From an uncultured delta proteobacterium (lineage in GTDB: Bacteria > Myxococcota > Kuafuiibacteriia > Kuafuiibacteriales > Kuafuiibacteriaceae): DNA of 64,000 nt. How positions within the stretch are numbered: the stretch's first letter is position 1; the number at the start of each line of letters is the position of its first letter. Below, piece after piece: positions 18,777-30,489 of this stretch. The notes beneath the pieces were generated by a model. That model was not told the origin of the DNA. It was given only the letters and a program-made list of their open reading frames with translations, and did no database searches. Both the position numbers and the translations under genes were made by a program. The stretch is taken from NCBI GenBank assembly GCA_963803435.1, contig CAWDML010000003.1:640001-704000 (forward strand). Direction: 5' to 3'.

Positions 18777-20169
18777 TCAGCGGCCCGCGAGCGCGGCCTG
18801 ATGGACGGCGGCGGTGACCTTCCGATGGACCGACATGTCCAGCATGTCCGGCATGAGCATGTCACCCGCCGCCGACTCCGCGATCGCATGCGCGGCGGCC
18901 AGCATCATCGCCTTGGTGATCCGTTTGGCTCGCGCGTCGAGCGCGCCGCGGAAGATGCCGGGATACGCGAGGGCGTTGTTCATCCCCCGTCCATCGAGCG
19001 CGATCGCCGCCCCGGCGGCGAGGGCGTCCCGCACGCTGATCTCGCTCACCGGGTTGGCGAGCGCGAACACGATCGGATCTTTGGCCATCGACCGCACCAT
19101 CGCGGACGAGACAGCGTTGGGCTTGGAGACCCCGATGAACAGATCACGACCCCGGATCGCCTCAGCGAGTGGTCCCTTCACCCGGTCGCGGTTGGTGATC
19201 CGTGCCAGCTCCTCCTTTTCGGCGTTCATGTGATCTCGGCGTCCGTCCCAGATGGCGCCGACCGAGTCGCAGGCGACGACGTCGTCGATGCCGAAGTCGA
19301 TGAGGAACTTCGCGATGGCGGTTCCCGCGGCGCCGGCGCCCAGAGTGACGGCCCGGAGGTCGCTCGCTCGCCGGCCGGTGCGCGCCAGCGCGTTGATGAG
19401 CCCGGCCACGCAGACGGTGGCGGTTCCGTGCTGGTCGTCGTGAAACACCGGCTTGTCGACCCGCGCCTGGAGCTGGCGCTCGATCTGGAAGCAGGCGGGC
19501 GCGGCGATGTCCTCCAGCTGGATCGCGCCGTACCCGATCGAGGCCTTGGCGACGATGTCGACGACCTCGTTCGGGTCCTTGCTCTCGATCAGGAACGGCT
19601 CGGCGGACACGCCGACGAATCGAATCGAGGATGGCCGCCTTCCCCTCCATCACCGGGAGCGAAGCGAGCGGCCCGATGTCTCCGAGCCCGAGCACGGCGG
19701 TTCCGTTGCTGACGATGCAGATCTTCTGCCCCAGCGCCGTGTACTCCCAGGCCGTCTCCGGGCTCTTGGCGATCAGCTCGCAGACGCTGGCGACCCCGGG
19801 CGTGTAGACCATCCGGAGATCCATCAGGCTCTCGATGCGGACCCGCGCCTTCGTCTCGATGGTACCGCCGCGGTGGATCTCGAGCACCTCGTCGATCAAC
19901 GACAGCACCTCGACGCCGTCGAGCTTTCGGATCTCCTCGATCACGCGGTCCTGGTGCGAAGCGTTGTCGAGGAAGATCTGGATGTCGCGGATCTTGTGCT
20001 GTCCGTCGACACCGACGATGCGGATGTCGCCGAGCTGGCAGTGCTCGTGCGCGATCGCGGAGAGGACCGCAGCCAGCATGCCGGGGCGGTCGCCGGTGCG
20101 CACGCGCACCGAGACGATCCGCGAGGCGTTGTATCGCTCGTACCAGTTCGGGGAGGATTCCATGTGCAT
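18777..20169 (-). CDS. NAD(P)-dependent malic enzyme with an N-terminal ACT domain; frameshift near 19620
   Basis: DRPGML ACT start, VYTPGVA, NGTAVLGLGDIGPLASLPVMEGKA, LEDIAAPACF, FHDDQHGTA, GAGAAG, NNALAYPGIFRGALD. Confidence 0.9.
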
Positions 20170-20194
20170 CTCCGCCCGGGATGCTACGTGAGGC

Positions 20195-20779
20195 TCAGAA
20201 CAGCTTGAAGAGCCGCTCGCCCAGCTGTTCGATCGCACCCCGGGTCCGGCCCAGCCAATGTCCGAACGCGTCGAGGCTCCGGGGCATCCGGACGGCGAGG
20301 ATCGCCTTGAGCGTGGCCTGCGCGAGCTCGGTCATCGCCAAAAGGAGCTTGATCCGTCCGAGATCGTAATCGTTGGGAAGCCCTGCCTCCTCCCGATACT
20401 CGGCTTCGGCCAGCGCGCTCTCCAGCGTGACCCGTGCCCGCTCGATCGTCATCCACTCGCGGCTCCGGATGACGTCGGTGATGGTCGGCCAGACGTCGAG
20501 GCTCGCCTCGTACGGGGCGTTCCGGGCCTCGGCGGTGGGGCGCACCAGCCCATACTGGGTGAGTTCAGCGATGGCTAAACTGATCAAGGACCGGCTGACC
20601 GAGAGCCGATCGGCGATCTCGCTCTGAGGGATCGGCTGTTTCGAGAGGGCGAGCAGCGCCCAGACGCGCCCGTGGATCGACTTGAATCCCCAGCCCTCGA
20701 TGAACTCACCCACCGCGTCGCACACGGCCAGGATGCGCTGTGTCAAGTTGTCGGTCCGATCCGCCAATGACGCTCTCAT
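20195..20779 (-). CDS. GbsR/MarR-family transcriptional regulator
   Basis: VGEFIEGWGF..IHGRVWALLALS..PIPQSEIADRLSVSRSLIS winged HTH; divergent from the quinone operon. Confidence 0.8.
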   Translation of the reverse strand: MRASLADRTDNLTQRILAVCDAVGEFIEGWGFKSIHGRVWALLALSKQPIPQSEIADRLSVSRSLISLAIAELTQYGLVRPTAEARNAPYEASLDVWPTITDVIRSREWMTIERARVTLESALAEAEYREEAGLPNDYDLGRIKLLLAMTELAQATLKAILAVRMPRSLDAFGHWLGRTRGAIEQLGERLFKLF

Positions 20780-20803
20780 TCTAAGCCCACTTGATTCTCT
20801 CTG

Positions 20804-20880
20804 ACTTGTTCAATAAGCATTCAACAAGTTTTTCTTCCTCCGACATAAGGAAAGGTCGACCTGTTCACGGATGGTTGAAC
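20804..20880. promoter_or_regulatory. Two copies of a GTTCA-N8-T(G/C)AAC inverted-repeat operator
   Basis: ACTTGTTCAAT-AAGC-ATTCAACAAGT at 20804-20829 and GTTCA-CGGATGGT-TGAAC at 20863-20880, 55 bp apart. Confidence 0.6.
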
Positions 20881-20910
20881 TGGGCGAGCCGGGAGAAACG
20901 AGGTGAAGGG

Positions 20911-21984
20911 ATGACGGCGGCGCTTCCAGAAATAGCGGAAAATGCAGAGGAAGTCGGGGTATTGGGCCGTTTGGCGGGTATCTGTGCCTCCCAGGGCCTC
21001 GCCGAGCGCCAAGAGGCATTGGCCGCGCTGTCGCGCTTTGTCGCCGATGATCTGGCCGCTGTCGAAGAGACCCTGAACAAGCTCTTCGACGGCCCGTCGG
21101 ACCGGATCACCCGGAGCGCGCTCCATCTGGTGGCGCTGCCGGGGAAGCGGTTGCGGCCGCTGTGCGTCGCGCTGGCGGCGCGTATCGGCGCGGGGTTCGG
21201 GGGCCCGGCGCGACAGCTCGCCACCGCCGTGGAGCTGGTCCACTCCGCGACGCTGCTGCACGACGACGTCGTCGACCTGGGACAGGTGCGCCGGGGGGAG
21301 CCGACGGCGCGAACCATCTACGGAAATGCAGCCTCGGTGTTCGCGGGTGACTGGCTGCTGGTGGAGGCGCTGCGTGAAGTGCGCCGCGCCCGCGTGCCCG
21401 GTGCGATGGACGAGCTGCTGTCCGTGATCGAGGAGATGATCCGCGCCGAAGCGATCCAGCTCGAGGCCCGCGGATCGATCGTCGCCGATCGCGAGACGTA
21501 CTTCGCGATCGTCCGTGGAAAGACCGCCTCGCTCTTCCGCTGGGCGCTCTTCGCGGGCGCACGATCGGGTGGGCTCGATCCCTCGGCTGCCCGCGCGCTG
21601 GAGCGGTACGGCGAACACCTGGGCATCGCGTTCCAGATCGTCGATGACGCGCTCGATCTCACGGGCAACACCGCGATGCTCGGGAAGGCGCTGTTCACGG
21701 ATCTCCGGGAGGGCAAGATGACCTTCCCGCTGATCGTCGCGCTCGAGCGCGATCCCGAGATGGCTTCGCTGCTCGCGGCCGCGATCGCCGAGGAGGGTGC
21801 GGACGCGGAGGTTTCGGCGCGGGTGCTGGCCTCGCTCCGTCGCACGGGCGCCAGCGCGGCCGCCCTCGAGCGCGCCAAGCAGCACGCGCGCGCAGCGGTG
21901 GCCGAGCTCGACGGCGCGCCGGAGTGTGAGGCGCGCGATCTTCTGGTGCTGGTCGCCGAGGCCACCACGGAGCGCAGGAAGTGA
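20911..21984 (+). CDS. Long-chain polyprenyl diphosphate synthase
   Basis: [40 protein letters not shown]. Confidence 0.9.
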   Translation: MTAALPEIAENAEEVGVLGRLAGICASQGLAERQEALAALSRFVADDLAAVEETLNKLFDGPSDRITRSALHLVALPGKRLRPLCVALAARIGAGFGGPARQLATAVELVHSATLLHDDVVDLGQVRRGEPTARTIYGNAASVFAGDWLLVEALREVRRARVPGAMDELLSVIEEMIRAEAIQLEARGSIVADRETYFAIVRGKTASLFRWALFAGARSGGLDPSAARALERYGEHLGIAFQIVDDALDLTGNTAMLGKALFTDLREGKMTFPLIVALERDPEMASLLAAAIAEEGADAEVSARVLASLRRTGASAAALERAKQHARAAVAELDGAPECEARDLLVLVAEATTERRK

Positions 21985-21994
21985 GGGACCGGTC

Positions 21995-22963
21995 ATGATC
22001 GTCACCGTCCGAGGAAAGGGCGACGCTGAATCGGTACGCCGGGCCCTGGTCGCCCGCGGGCTCTGGGTCGATCGGCTCGAGGGCGGGGAGCGGGTGGAGT
22101 TTCTCATCCATCCCGGCTCGGCCCGGGTGGCCGCAGCCGAGCTTCGTGAGATCGCCGGCGTGGAGGCTGTCACCGAGGCCTGCTCCCAGCATCCGATGGT
22201 CGATCGCCAGGGTGCCGTCATCACCGTTCGGGGCGTCGAGATCGGCCGCGGGGCCAAACCGGTGTTGATGGCCGGTCCGTGCGCCGTCGAGTCGGAGGAG
22301 CAGATCGATCGGATCGCGCGCAAGGTCGCCTGCGCCGGTGCCCGGTTCCTCCGCGGCGGTGCGTTCAAGCCCCGCAGCTCGCCGTACTCCTTCCGCGGGC
22401 ACGGCGCGAACGCGCTGCGCTGGATGAGGACCGCCGCCGATCGGCACGGCCTCGGCATCGTGACCGAGGCGATGGGAAGCGAGGAGGCGGACCAGATCGC
22501 CGAGGTCGCAGACATCGTTCAGATCGGCTCTCGCAACATGCACAACTACTCGCTGCTGGAGCGGGTGGCCGCGCTGGCTCGTCCGATCATGCTGAAGCGC
22601 GGGATGGCTGCGACGATCGAGGAGTGGCTGGCGGCCGGCGAGTACTGCCTGCTCGCGGGGGCGCCCAGCGTCCTGTTCTGCGAGCGCGGGATCCGCTCCT
22701 TCGAGCCGACGAGCCGCAACCTGCTCGACATCAACGCGATCGCGCTCCTCGCCGAGGTGATCGGTGCGCCGGTCGTCGCGGACCCCTCTCATGGATCGGG
22801 GCGTCGGGATCTGGTGCCGTTGCTCGCGCGTGCGGCGCTGGCGGCCGGCGCGCACGGTCTGCTGATCGAGACCCACGACGATCCCGGAAGCGCGCTCTCC
22901 GACGGTCCGCAGGCGATCGCGCCCGAGGCGCTGGGCGATCTCATGCGCGGGGGTGAGCGATGA
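21995..22963 (+). CDS. aroF: DAHP synthase, type I-beta
   Basis: [49 protein letters not shown]. Confidence 0.9.
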   Translation: MIVTVRGKGDAESVRRALVARGLWVDRLEGGERVEFLIHPGSARVAAAELREIAGVEAVTEACSQHPMVDRQGAVITVRGVEIGRGAKPVLMAGPCAVESEEQIDRIARKVACAGARFLRGGAFKPRSSPYSFRGHGANALRWMRTAADRHGLGIVTEAMGSEEADQIAEVADIVQIGSRNMHNYSLLERVAALARPIMLKRGMAATIEEWLAAGEYCLLAGAPSVLFCERGIRSFEPTSRNLLDINAIALLAEVIGAPVVADPSHGSGRRDLVPLLARAALAAGAHGLLIETHDDPGSALSDGPQAIAPEALGDLMRGGER

Positions 22964-24146
22964 ACGCGAGCAGCCGGATCTCCGGATTCTATCGGGAGAC
23001 GCTGGCGCGCCGGATCGAGCGGCTCGGCGAGACCGGCCTGCTCTCGGAGCGCGCGCTGGCCCACCTGGCAGGCGGTGGAGCGGTGTCGGCCGAGCTCGTG
23101 GATCGCATGAGCGAGAACGTGATCGGGACGGCGTGTCTGCCGCTGGCGGTGGCGCTGAACTTCCGCGTGAACAACCGCGACGTGCTGGTCCCGATGGCGG
23201 TCGAGGAGCCGTCGATCGTGGCGGCGGCGTCGAACGCAGCCCGGCTGGTGCGGATCAGCGGCGGATTCAACGGCGAGGCGATGGACCCGGTGATGACGGC
23301 GCAGGTCCAGCTCGAAGGCGTGCCCGATCCGGACCAGGCCGGCCGCTTCATCGAGCGCAACCGCGCGGAGCTGCTAGCCGCCGGTGACGCCGCGATCCCG
23401 CGGATGGTGGCGCGCGGCGGCGGCTGCCGGGACCTCGAGGTTCGCGTGCTCGATCGCGCCCTGGGTCTGGTCGTGGTGCACCTGTACGTCGCAGTCGGCG
23501 ATGCGATGGGCGCGAACCTGGTCGACACCGTCGCAGAGCAGGTGGCGCCGCTGCTCGAGCGCGGGATCGGCGGCCGCGTCGGCCTTCGGATCCTCAGCAA
23601 TCTTCCGCTCCGCCGGATGGTGCGCGCCGAGGCGCAGGTGAGCGCGGAGGCGCTGGGCGGGGTGGCGCTCGCCGACGGGATCGCCCAGGCGAGCCGATTC
23701 GCCGAGATCGATCCGTTTCGGGCCTCCACGCACAACAAGGGCGTGATGAACGGGATCGACGCGGTGGCGCTGGCGCTGGGGCAGGACTTTCGAGCGATCG
23801 AGGCTGGCGCCCACGCGTACGCGGCGATGTCCGGCCGCTACTCGCCGATCGCCACCTGGCGGCGCACGGAGCTGGGGCTCCACGGTCGGATCGAGATGCC
23901 GCTGGCGGTGGCGACCGTCGGCGGCTCCACCCGAGCTCATCCCGGGATCGAGACCGCGTTCGAGATCATTTCGGTGTCCGGCGCGCGCGAGCTGGCTGTC
24001 GTGATGGCTTCGGCCGGTCTCGCCTGCAACCTGGCGGCGCTACGTGCGCTGGCGGGCGAAGGCATCCAGCGCGGACACATGCGCCTCCACTCGCGCAAGC
24101 GGAGCGAACCGCGGCCGGAGGCGAGCCCCAAGGAGGAGCGTGGACG

Positions 24147-24150
<4 letters not shown>
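22960..24150 (+). CDS. mvaA: HMG-CoA reductase, class II
   Basis: [51 protein letters not shown]. Confidence 0.92.
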
Positions 24151-24848
<698 letters not shown>

Positions 24849-24851
24849 CTC

Positions 24852-26093
24852 GTGATCGCAGCCGAATATTGCGAGGTCGTTCGAAGCCGCGCGGTGATCA
24901 CCGACGCCCCGGTCGTCGATCCGCACCTCCTGATCCACGCGTTCGACGACCGGCCGATCGTGGCGCTCGAGTCGACGGACGGCCGGTTCACCGTCGGGAT
25001 CGGTGAGGCCGCGGTCGTCGAGGCCTACGGGCCCGATCGGTTCGAGTCGATCCGACGGCAGGCGGAGCGTGTACTGGCCTCGGTCAGCCACCACGGGGTT
25101 CGACTCCGCATGTTCGGGGGCTTCGCGTTCGAGCCCACCGACGGGCGCTTCGTCCTGCCGCGCTGGCTCTACGAGGTGTCGAGCGGCGGGGCTCGGCTCA
25201 CGCTGGTCGAGGGCGCGGACGACGATCCGGCCGAGATCGCGCGGGAACGCGAGCGCTTGCTGGCCACGCTTGGCGCACCGCCCGCGCTCGAAGCCGTGCC
25301 TTGCCCGCTCTCGATCGATCGCCCGGGCGATTACGTCGGGATCGTTCGGCGCGCCCTCGAGCGGATCGACGTGGGCGAGCTCGAGAAGGTGGTGCTGGCG
25401 CGGCGCATCCGGTTCCAGGCCGGCGCGGACTACCGCATCGCGCCGGTCCTGGCCGCGCTCGGCCGGACGGGAGGCTCGATCCGGTTCGCGTTCGGGCGCT
25501 CGGGGGCGTTCTTCGCAGGCGCCACCCCGGAGCTCCTGGTCGCGCGCTCGGGCGCCGAGGTGCGGTCGGAGGCGCTCGCCGGCTCCTCGCGCCCGGAGGC
25601 GGCGGGCGCGCTGCTCGACTCGAAGAAGGATCGCGCCGAGCACGGCCACGTGGCCCGCTTCATCCGGGAGACGCTCGAGCGCTTCTGCTCCGACGTGCGG
25701 GTCGGCGATCCGGCGCCGTCGCGCCTTCCGCACGTGGCGCACCTCCGCACGCCGATCGTCGCACGGCTCGACCGTCCGGTTCACGTGCTGGAGCTGGCCG
25801 CCGCCCTGCATCCCACGCCCGCGGTGGGCGGTGTGCCTCGCAAGGTAGCTTGCACCTTGATCGGCGAGGTGGAGGACGGTCCCCGCGGCTGGTACGCCGG
25901 GCCGATCGGCTGGTTCGACGCGGAGGGCGACGGCGAGCTCTTCGTGGCGCTGCGTTCGGCCCGCTTCGATCGATCGCAGGCCGTGCTCTCCGTGGGCGCT
26001 GGCATCGTGGCGGGCTCGGATCCGGCGACGGAGGCCAAAGAGACGGAGATGAAGGCGAAGACCGTGGCGAGCGCGCTGGGGGCGGCCCCGTGA
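24852..26093 (+). CDS. menF: Isochorismate synthase
   Basis: KVVLAR, GATPELL, ALAGS, KDRAEH, LHPTPAVGG, RGWYAG, LRSA, GAGIV. Confidence 0.9.
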   Translation: MIAAEYCEVVRSRAVITDAPVVDPHLLIHAFDDRPIVALESTDGRFTVGIGEAAVVEAYGPDRFESIRRQAERVLASVSHHGVRLRMFGGFAFEPTDGRFVLPRWLYEVSSGGARLTLVEGADDDPAEIARERERLLATLGAPPALEAVPCPLSIDRPGDYVGIVRRALERIDVGELEKVVLARRIRFQAGADYRIAPVLAALGRTGGSIRFAFGRSGAFFAGATPELLVARSGAEVRSEALAGSSRPEAAGALLDSKKDRAEHGHVARFIRETLERFCSDVRVGDPAPSRLPHVAHLRTPIVARLDRPVHVLELAAALHPTPAVGGVPRKVACTLIGEVEDGPRGWYAGPIGWFDAEGDGELFVALRSARFDRSQAVLSVGAGIVAGSDPATEAKETEMKAKTVASALGAAP

Positions 26094-27781
26094 GCGCGGT
26101 CCTCACCACCTGGGCGCGTTCCCTGGTCGACGCCTTGATCCAGGCGGGCGTCGAAGACTTCGTGCTGAGCCCGGGATCGCGATCCACGCCCCTGGTGGCG
26201 GCGGTGGAGTACGACGGCCGCGCGCGCATCCACACCCTCGTCGACGAGCGGGTCGCCGCCTTCTTCGCGCTGGGACAGGCGCGGGCCAGCGGCCGGCCCA
26301 GCGTCCTGATCGCGACCTCGGGCACGGCTGGCGCGCACTACTTCCCGGCGGTGATCGAGGCCGCCGAGTCCCGGCTGCCGTTGATCGCGTTGACCGCGGA
26401 TCGCCCGCCGGAGCTCCAGGGTTGCCGGTCACCGCAGACGATCGATCAGCTGCACCTGTTTGGACGCCACGTGCGTGCATTCTTCGAGCTGGGGCTACCC
26501 GACGGCTCCGAGCCGGCGCTCCTCGGTCTCCGCCGGAAGGCGGCCCAGGCGTTGGCGGCCGCTGTCCATCCGGATCCCGGCCCGGTGCACCTCAACTTCT
26601 GCGCCCGCAAGCCTCTCGAGCCCATCGAGCCCATCGAGCCGATCGCGCACGCACCGCCGGGACCGACGCGGTTCGGCCGCCCGATCCTGATGCCCGATCC
26701 CGACCAGATCGCGCGGATCGCCGCCCGTCTCCAGCGCGCCGAGCGCGGCCTGATCGCCTGCGGACCGGCGTTGTTCGACGCGATCACCCCCGAGACGGCG
26801 TCCGCGCTCGCACGCGCCACCGGCTTCCCGATGGTGACCGAGGCGACCAGCCAGCTGCGGTTCGCGCCGGTCGAGTGCATCCGGCTCGACGCCTTCGAGG
26901 CCATGGTGCTGGCGGGCGCGCCCATCGAATCGCCGCAGGTCGTGATCGAGCTCGGCGCCCCGCTCACCTCGAGCGCGTGGCATCAGAGGGTCCAGCGCGG
27001 AGGGGCGGAGCGGATCGTGCTGGCACGGAGCACATGGAGCGATCCGTCGAGCAGTGCAGTGGAGATGATCTTCGCAGATCCCGAGCAGTCGGCGCGCGCG
27101 CTGATCGATCGGCTGCCGCCCACCGCGCCGAGCGAGTGGTCGCTGGTCCTCGACCGGCGCAATCTCGCCGCCTGGACCCAGGTGTCCCGCGTGCTGGAGT
27201 CGGCGCCCTTCAGCGAGGCGCACGTCGCTCGGGCGGCGGTGGACGCGCTCAGCGAGGGCAGCGCGCTGGCCATCGCCAATAGCCTCCCGGTGAGGCACCT
27301 CGACCTGTGGTGTCCAGCCCGGGCCTCGTCGATCCGCGTCTTCTCGCAGCGCGGGGCCAACGGGATCGACGGGCTCATCGCAGGAGCCGCCGGCGCGGCC
27401 TCCGCCTTCGGCGGGCGGGTCGTGCTGATGATCGGTGACGTCGCGTTCCTGCACGACCTGGGGGGGCTGGCCGCGGCGCGCCACCAGGACAACCTGACGA
27501 TCCTGATCATCGACAACGACGGCGGTCGCATCTTCGAGCAGCTCCCCATCGCTCGCAGCGGAGCGCCGCTCGACAACTTCTTGACGTCCCCGCGGCTCGA
27601 CGTGGAGCTCGCCTGCCGCGCCTTCGGCATGCGATGCGCGGCGGCCCGCTCGGTCTCGGAGCTGCGCGCTCTGCTCGAGCGCGGGGACATGAACGTCATT
27701 CATGCGGTCGTTCCGCCCTCCGGCGCGCGCGCCATGACGGAGCGACTCGAGAGAATCAACTCAACAGACGAGGAGGCATGA
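26090..27781 (+). CDS. menD: SEPHCHC synthase
   Basis: [58 protein letters not shown]; GTG overlaps the menF stop. Confidence 0.93.
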   Translation: MSAVLTTWARSLVDALIQAGVEDFVLSPGSRSTPLVAAVEYDGRARIHTLVDERVAAFFALGQARASGRPSVLIATSGTAGAHYFPAVIEAAESRLPLIALTADRPPELQGCRSPQTIDQLHLFGRHVRAFFELGLPDGSEPALLGLRRKAAQALAAAVHPDPGPVHLNFCARKPLEPIEPIEPIAHAPPGPTRFGRPILMPDPDQIARIAARLQRAERGLIACGPALFDAITPETASALARATGFPMVTEATSQLRFAPVECIRLDAFEAMVLAGAPIESPQVVIELGAPLTSSAWHQRVQRGGAERIVLARSTWSDPSSSAVEMIFADPEQSARALIDRLPPTAPSEWSLVLDRRNLAAWTQVSRVLESAPFSEAHVARAAVDALSEGSALAIANSLPVRHLDLWCPARASSIRVFSQRGANGIDGLIAGAAGAASAFGGRVVLMIGDVAFLHDLGGLAAARHQDNLTILIIDNDGGRIFEQLPIARSGAPLDNFLTSPRLDVELACRAFGMRCAAARSVSELRALLERGDMNVIHAVVPPSGARAMTERLERINSTDEEA

Positions 27782-28602
27782 CAATGGTGCTCGAGTGGGT
27801 CGCGGAGAGAGGCTACGAGGACGTCCGCTACGAGAAGGCGGAGGGGATCGCGAAGATCACGATATGCCGGCCGGAGGTTCGCAACGCCTTCCGGCCTCAG
27901 ACGGTCAAGGAGATGCAGCGCGCGTTCTCCGACGCACGCGACGACTCGGAGATCGGCGTTGTGATCCTCACCGGCGAGGGGAAGGACGCGTTCTGCTCGG
28001 GCGGTGATCAGCGCGTCCGCGGCGAGGGTGGCTACGTGGGCGGCGACGGCATCCCGCGGCTCAACGTGCTGGATCTCCAGCGGCAGATCCGGACGCTGCC
28101 GAAGCCGGTGATCGCCATGGTGGCCGGCTGGGCCGTCGGCGGTGGCCACGTCCTGCACATGATGTGCGATCTGACGATCGCCGCCGACAACGCCAAGTTC
28201 GGACAGACCGGACCCAAGGTGGGGAGCTTCGACGGCGGCTACGGCGCCGCCTACATGGCCCGCATCGTCGGCCAGAAGAAGGCCCGCGAGATCTGGTTCC
28301 TTTGCCGCAGCTACGGCGCGAAGGAGGCACTCGACATGGGCCTGGTCAACGCGGTCGTGCCGTACGAGCGGCTCGAGGCCGAGACGGTCCAGTGGGCGCG
28401 CGAGATCCTCCAGCACAGCCCGACGGCGATCCGGTGCCTCAAGGCGGCGCTCAACGCCGACTGCGATGGACAGGCTGGCCTGCAGGAGCTCGCCGGCAAC
28501 GCCACGCTGCTGTTCTACCTGACCGAGGAGGGCCGTGAGGGCAAGGAGGCGTTCCTCGAGAAGAGGAAGCCGGACTTCAAGAAGTTTCCGAGGTTGCCGT
28601 GA
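27778..28602 (+). CDS. menB: 1,4-dihydroxy-2-naphthoyl-CoA synthase
   Basis: [41 protein letters not shown]. Confidence 0.96.
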   Translation: MTMVLEWVAERGYEDVRYEKAEGIAKITICRPEVRNAFRPQTVKEMQRAFSDARDDSEIGVVILTGEGKDAFCSGGDQRVRGEGGYVGGDGIPRLNVLDLQRQIRTLPKPVIAMVAGWAVGGGHVLHMMCDLTIAADNAKFGQTGPKVGSFDGGYGAAYMARIVGQKKAREIWFLCRSYGAKEALDMGLVNAVVPYERLEAETVQWAREILQHSPTAIRCLKAALNADCDGQAGLQELAGNATLLFYLTEEGREGKEAFLEKRKPDFKKFPRLP

Positions 28603-29474
28603 GCGAGCTGTCCGCCTGGATCACCGCCGCGCGCCCCGCGACGCTCGGCGCCGCGATCGTCCCCGTTGCCGTGGGTACGGCCGTCGCGGCGCGCGCGGGT
28701 GCGTTTGCGGCAGGCCCGGCGCTGGCGGCGTTGTTCGGGGCGATCGCGATCCAGGTGGGCACCAACTTCGTCAACGACGTCTACGACTTCGAGAAGGGCG
28801 CGGATACCGAGTCACGCCTCGGACCCACGCGCGCGGTGCAGTCGGGGCTGCTCTCGGCGAGGCAGGTGAGGGCGGGCGCGCTGGCCTCGTTCGGCGCCGC
28901 CATGTTGATCGGCGCCTACCTGATCGGCGTCGCGGGCTGGGCCGTGCTCGCGATCGGCGTCGCTTCGATCGCGGCCGGGATCGCGTACACCGCCGGTCCC
29001 TGGCCCCTGGCCTATCTCGGGCTCGGCGATCTCTTCGTGATGGTCTTCTTCGGCTTTGTCGCGGTGTGCGGGACCGCCTTCGTCCAGGCCGCCGCGATCC
29101 CGCCGCTCGCATGGGCGGCTGCCTTGCCCGTGGGCGCGCTGTCGACCGCAATCCTCGCCGTCAACAACCTCCGCGACCGGGAGCAAGACGCGCGCGCACG
29201 CAAGCGGACGCTGGCCGTCCGATTGGGGAAGCGGTTCGCCGTGGCCGAGTATCTGGGGCTGTTGGGCGTCTCCTATCTGGTACCGGTTGCCCTCTGGGGG
29301 TCGGGACGTGCCCCGGTCTATGCGCTTCTTCCTTGCCTGACGCTGCCACTGGCGACGAAGCTCGCGCGGCGGGCGATGCGGGAAGAGGGGACTCAACTGA
29401 ACTCGGTCCTGGTCGGGACGGCGAAGCTCCTGGTCCTCTTCGGATCCCTCTTCGCGATCGGTCTGTGGATCTGA
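28599..29474 (+). CDS. menA: DHNA polyprenyltransferase
   Basis: [36 protein letters not shown]...KRTLAV. Confidence 0.92.
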   Translation: MSELSAWITAARPATLGAAIVPVAVGTAVAARAGAFAAGPALAALFGAIAIQVGTNFVNDVYDFEKGADTESRLGPTRAVQSGLLSARQVRAGALASFGAAMLIGAYLIGVAGWAVLAIGVASIAAGIAYTAGPWPLAYLGLGDLFVMVFFGFVAVCGTAFVQAAAIPPLAWAAALPVGALSTAILAVNNLRDREQDARARKRTLAVRLGKRFAVAEYLGLLGVSYLVPVALWGSGRAPVYALLPCLTLPLATKLARRAMREEGTQLNSVLVGTAKLLVLFGSLFAIGLWI

Positions 29475-29475
29475 C

Positions 29476-30489
29476 ATGCTCGTCCGGCGCCGAGCCGTGG
29501 TCGAGGTCGCGGGATCCGTCGCGGCCCGCAACGCGCGCCAATCCTGGAGCTTTCGCCGCGGAATTCTGCTGGTGCTGGAGGACGAGGAGGGCCACGTCGG
29601 GTACGGCGAGGCGAGCCCGCTCCCCGGCTGGTCGCGCGAAGAGCTGGCCCCCGCACGCTGGGCCCTCGAGGCGATGCCGAGCGCCTTCGAGGTTGAAGAC
29701 GAGATCGATGCGATCGATCAGGTGGTCAGAGAGATCCCGGCGCGCCTCGCGTCTTCGCGCTTCGCGCTCGAGACGGCCCTCTACGATCTGCTGGCGAGGC
29801 GCAGAGGCACCTCCGTGGTGTCGCTCTTGGTGCCGCGACGCTCGCGCGCGCCGATCTGTCAGCTGATCGAAGACGGTGATCGGATCGAGGCGGAGACCGT
29901 CAAGGTGAAGGCCGGGCTGTTACCGTTCTCGCTCGAGCTCGACCGCCTCCGAAAGTTGCGCTCCACGATCGGCCGCGACGTCCGCCTGCGCCTCGACTTC
30001 AACGGCTCCCTCCCCGTGCGACGGCTCCACGAGTCGCTCGCGCAGCTGGCCGAGCTCGACGTGGAGCTGGTGGAAGAGCCGGCGCCGGTGGAGGCGCTGC
30101 TCGAGCTGGGCGATGCGCCGGTGTCGCTCGCGCTGGACGAGTCGCTGCTGACCGCAGGCGAGCTCGTCGACGACCTGGCGCGGCTGGGCCTGATCCGAGC
30201 GCTCGTCTTGAAGCCGATGCTGCTCGGCGGCGCGCGGGTGACGCTGCGGGTCGCCGAGTGGGCCGCGCAGATCGGGGTGGCCGTGACCGTGACACACGCA
30301 TTCGACGGACCGGTGGCACACGCCATGACCTCGGCGATCGCGCTCGCGCTCCCCGGCGAGCTGCTCCCGGTCGGCCTTTGGCCCCACGCCGGGATGCATC
30401 TCTGGGGCGAGCGCGCGCTGCCGCACGTGGACGGCGCCTGGATCGTGGAGGGCGGCTCGGTGGGTCTGGGGGTGGGAGGGCTCTCTTGA
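29476..30489 (+). CDS. menC: o-succinylbenzoate synthase
   Basis: GYGEASPLPGWS, KVK, RLDFN, EEP, ALDES, LKP enolase-superfamily motifs, in men context. Confidence 0.85.
   Translation: MLVRRRAVVEVAGSVAARNARQSWSFRRGILLVLEDEEGHVGYGEASPLPGWSREELAPARWALEAMPSAFEVEDEIDAIDQVVREIPARLASSRFALETALYDLLARRRGTSVVSLLVPRRSRAPICQLIEDGDRIEAETVKVKAGLLPFSLELDRLRKLRSTIGRDVRLRLDFNGSLPVRRLHESLAQLAELDVELVEEPAPVEALLELGDAPVSLALDESLLTAGELVDDLARLGLIRALVLKPMLLGGARVTLRVAEWAAQIGVAVTVTHAFDGPVAHAMTSAIALALPGELLPVGLWPHAGMHLWGERALPHVDGAWIVEGGSVGLGVGGLS

Noticed and set aside
26615-26645. 9-bp tandem repeat CCCATCGAG in menD
   Set aside because: Short in-frame (PIE)n linker expansion.
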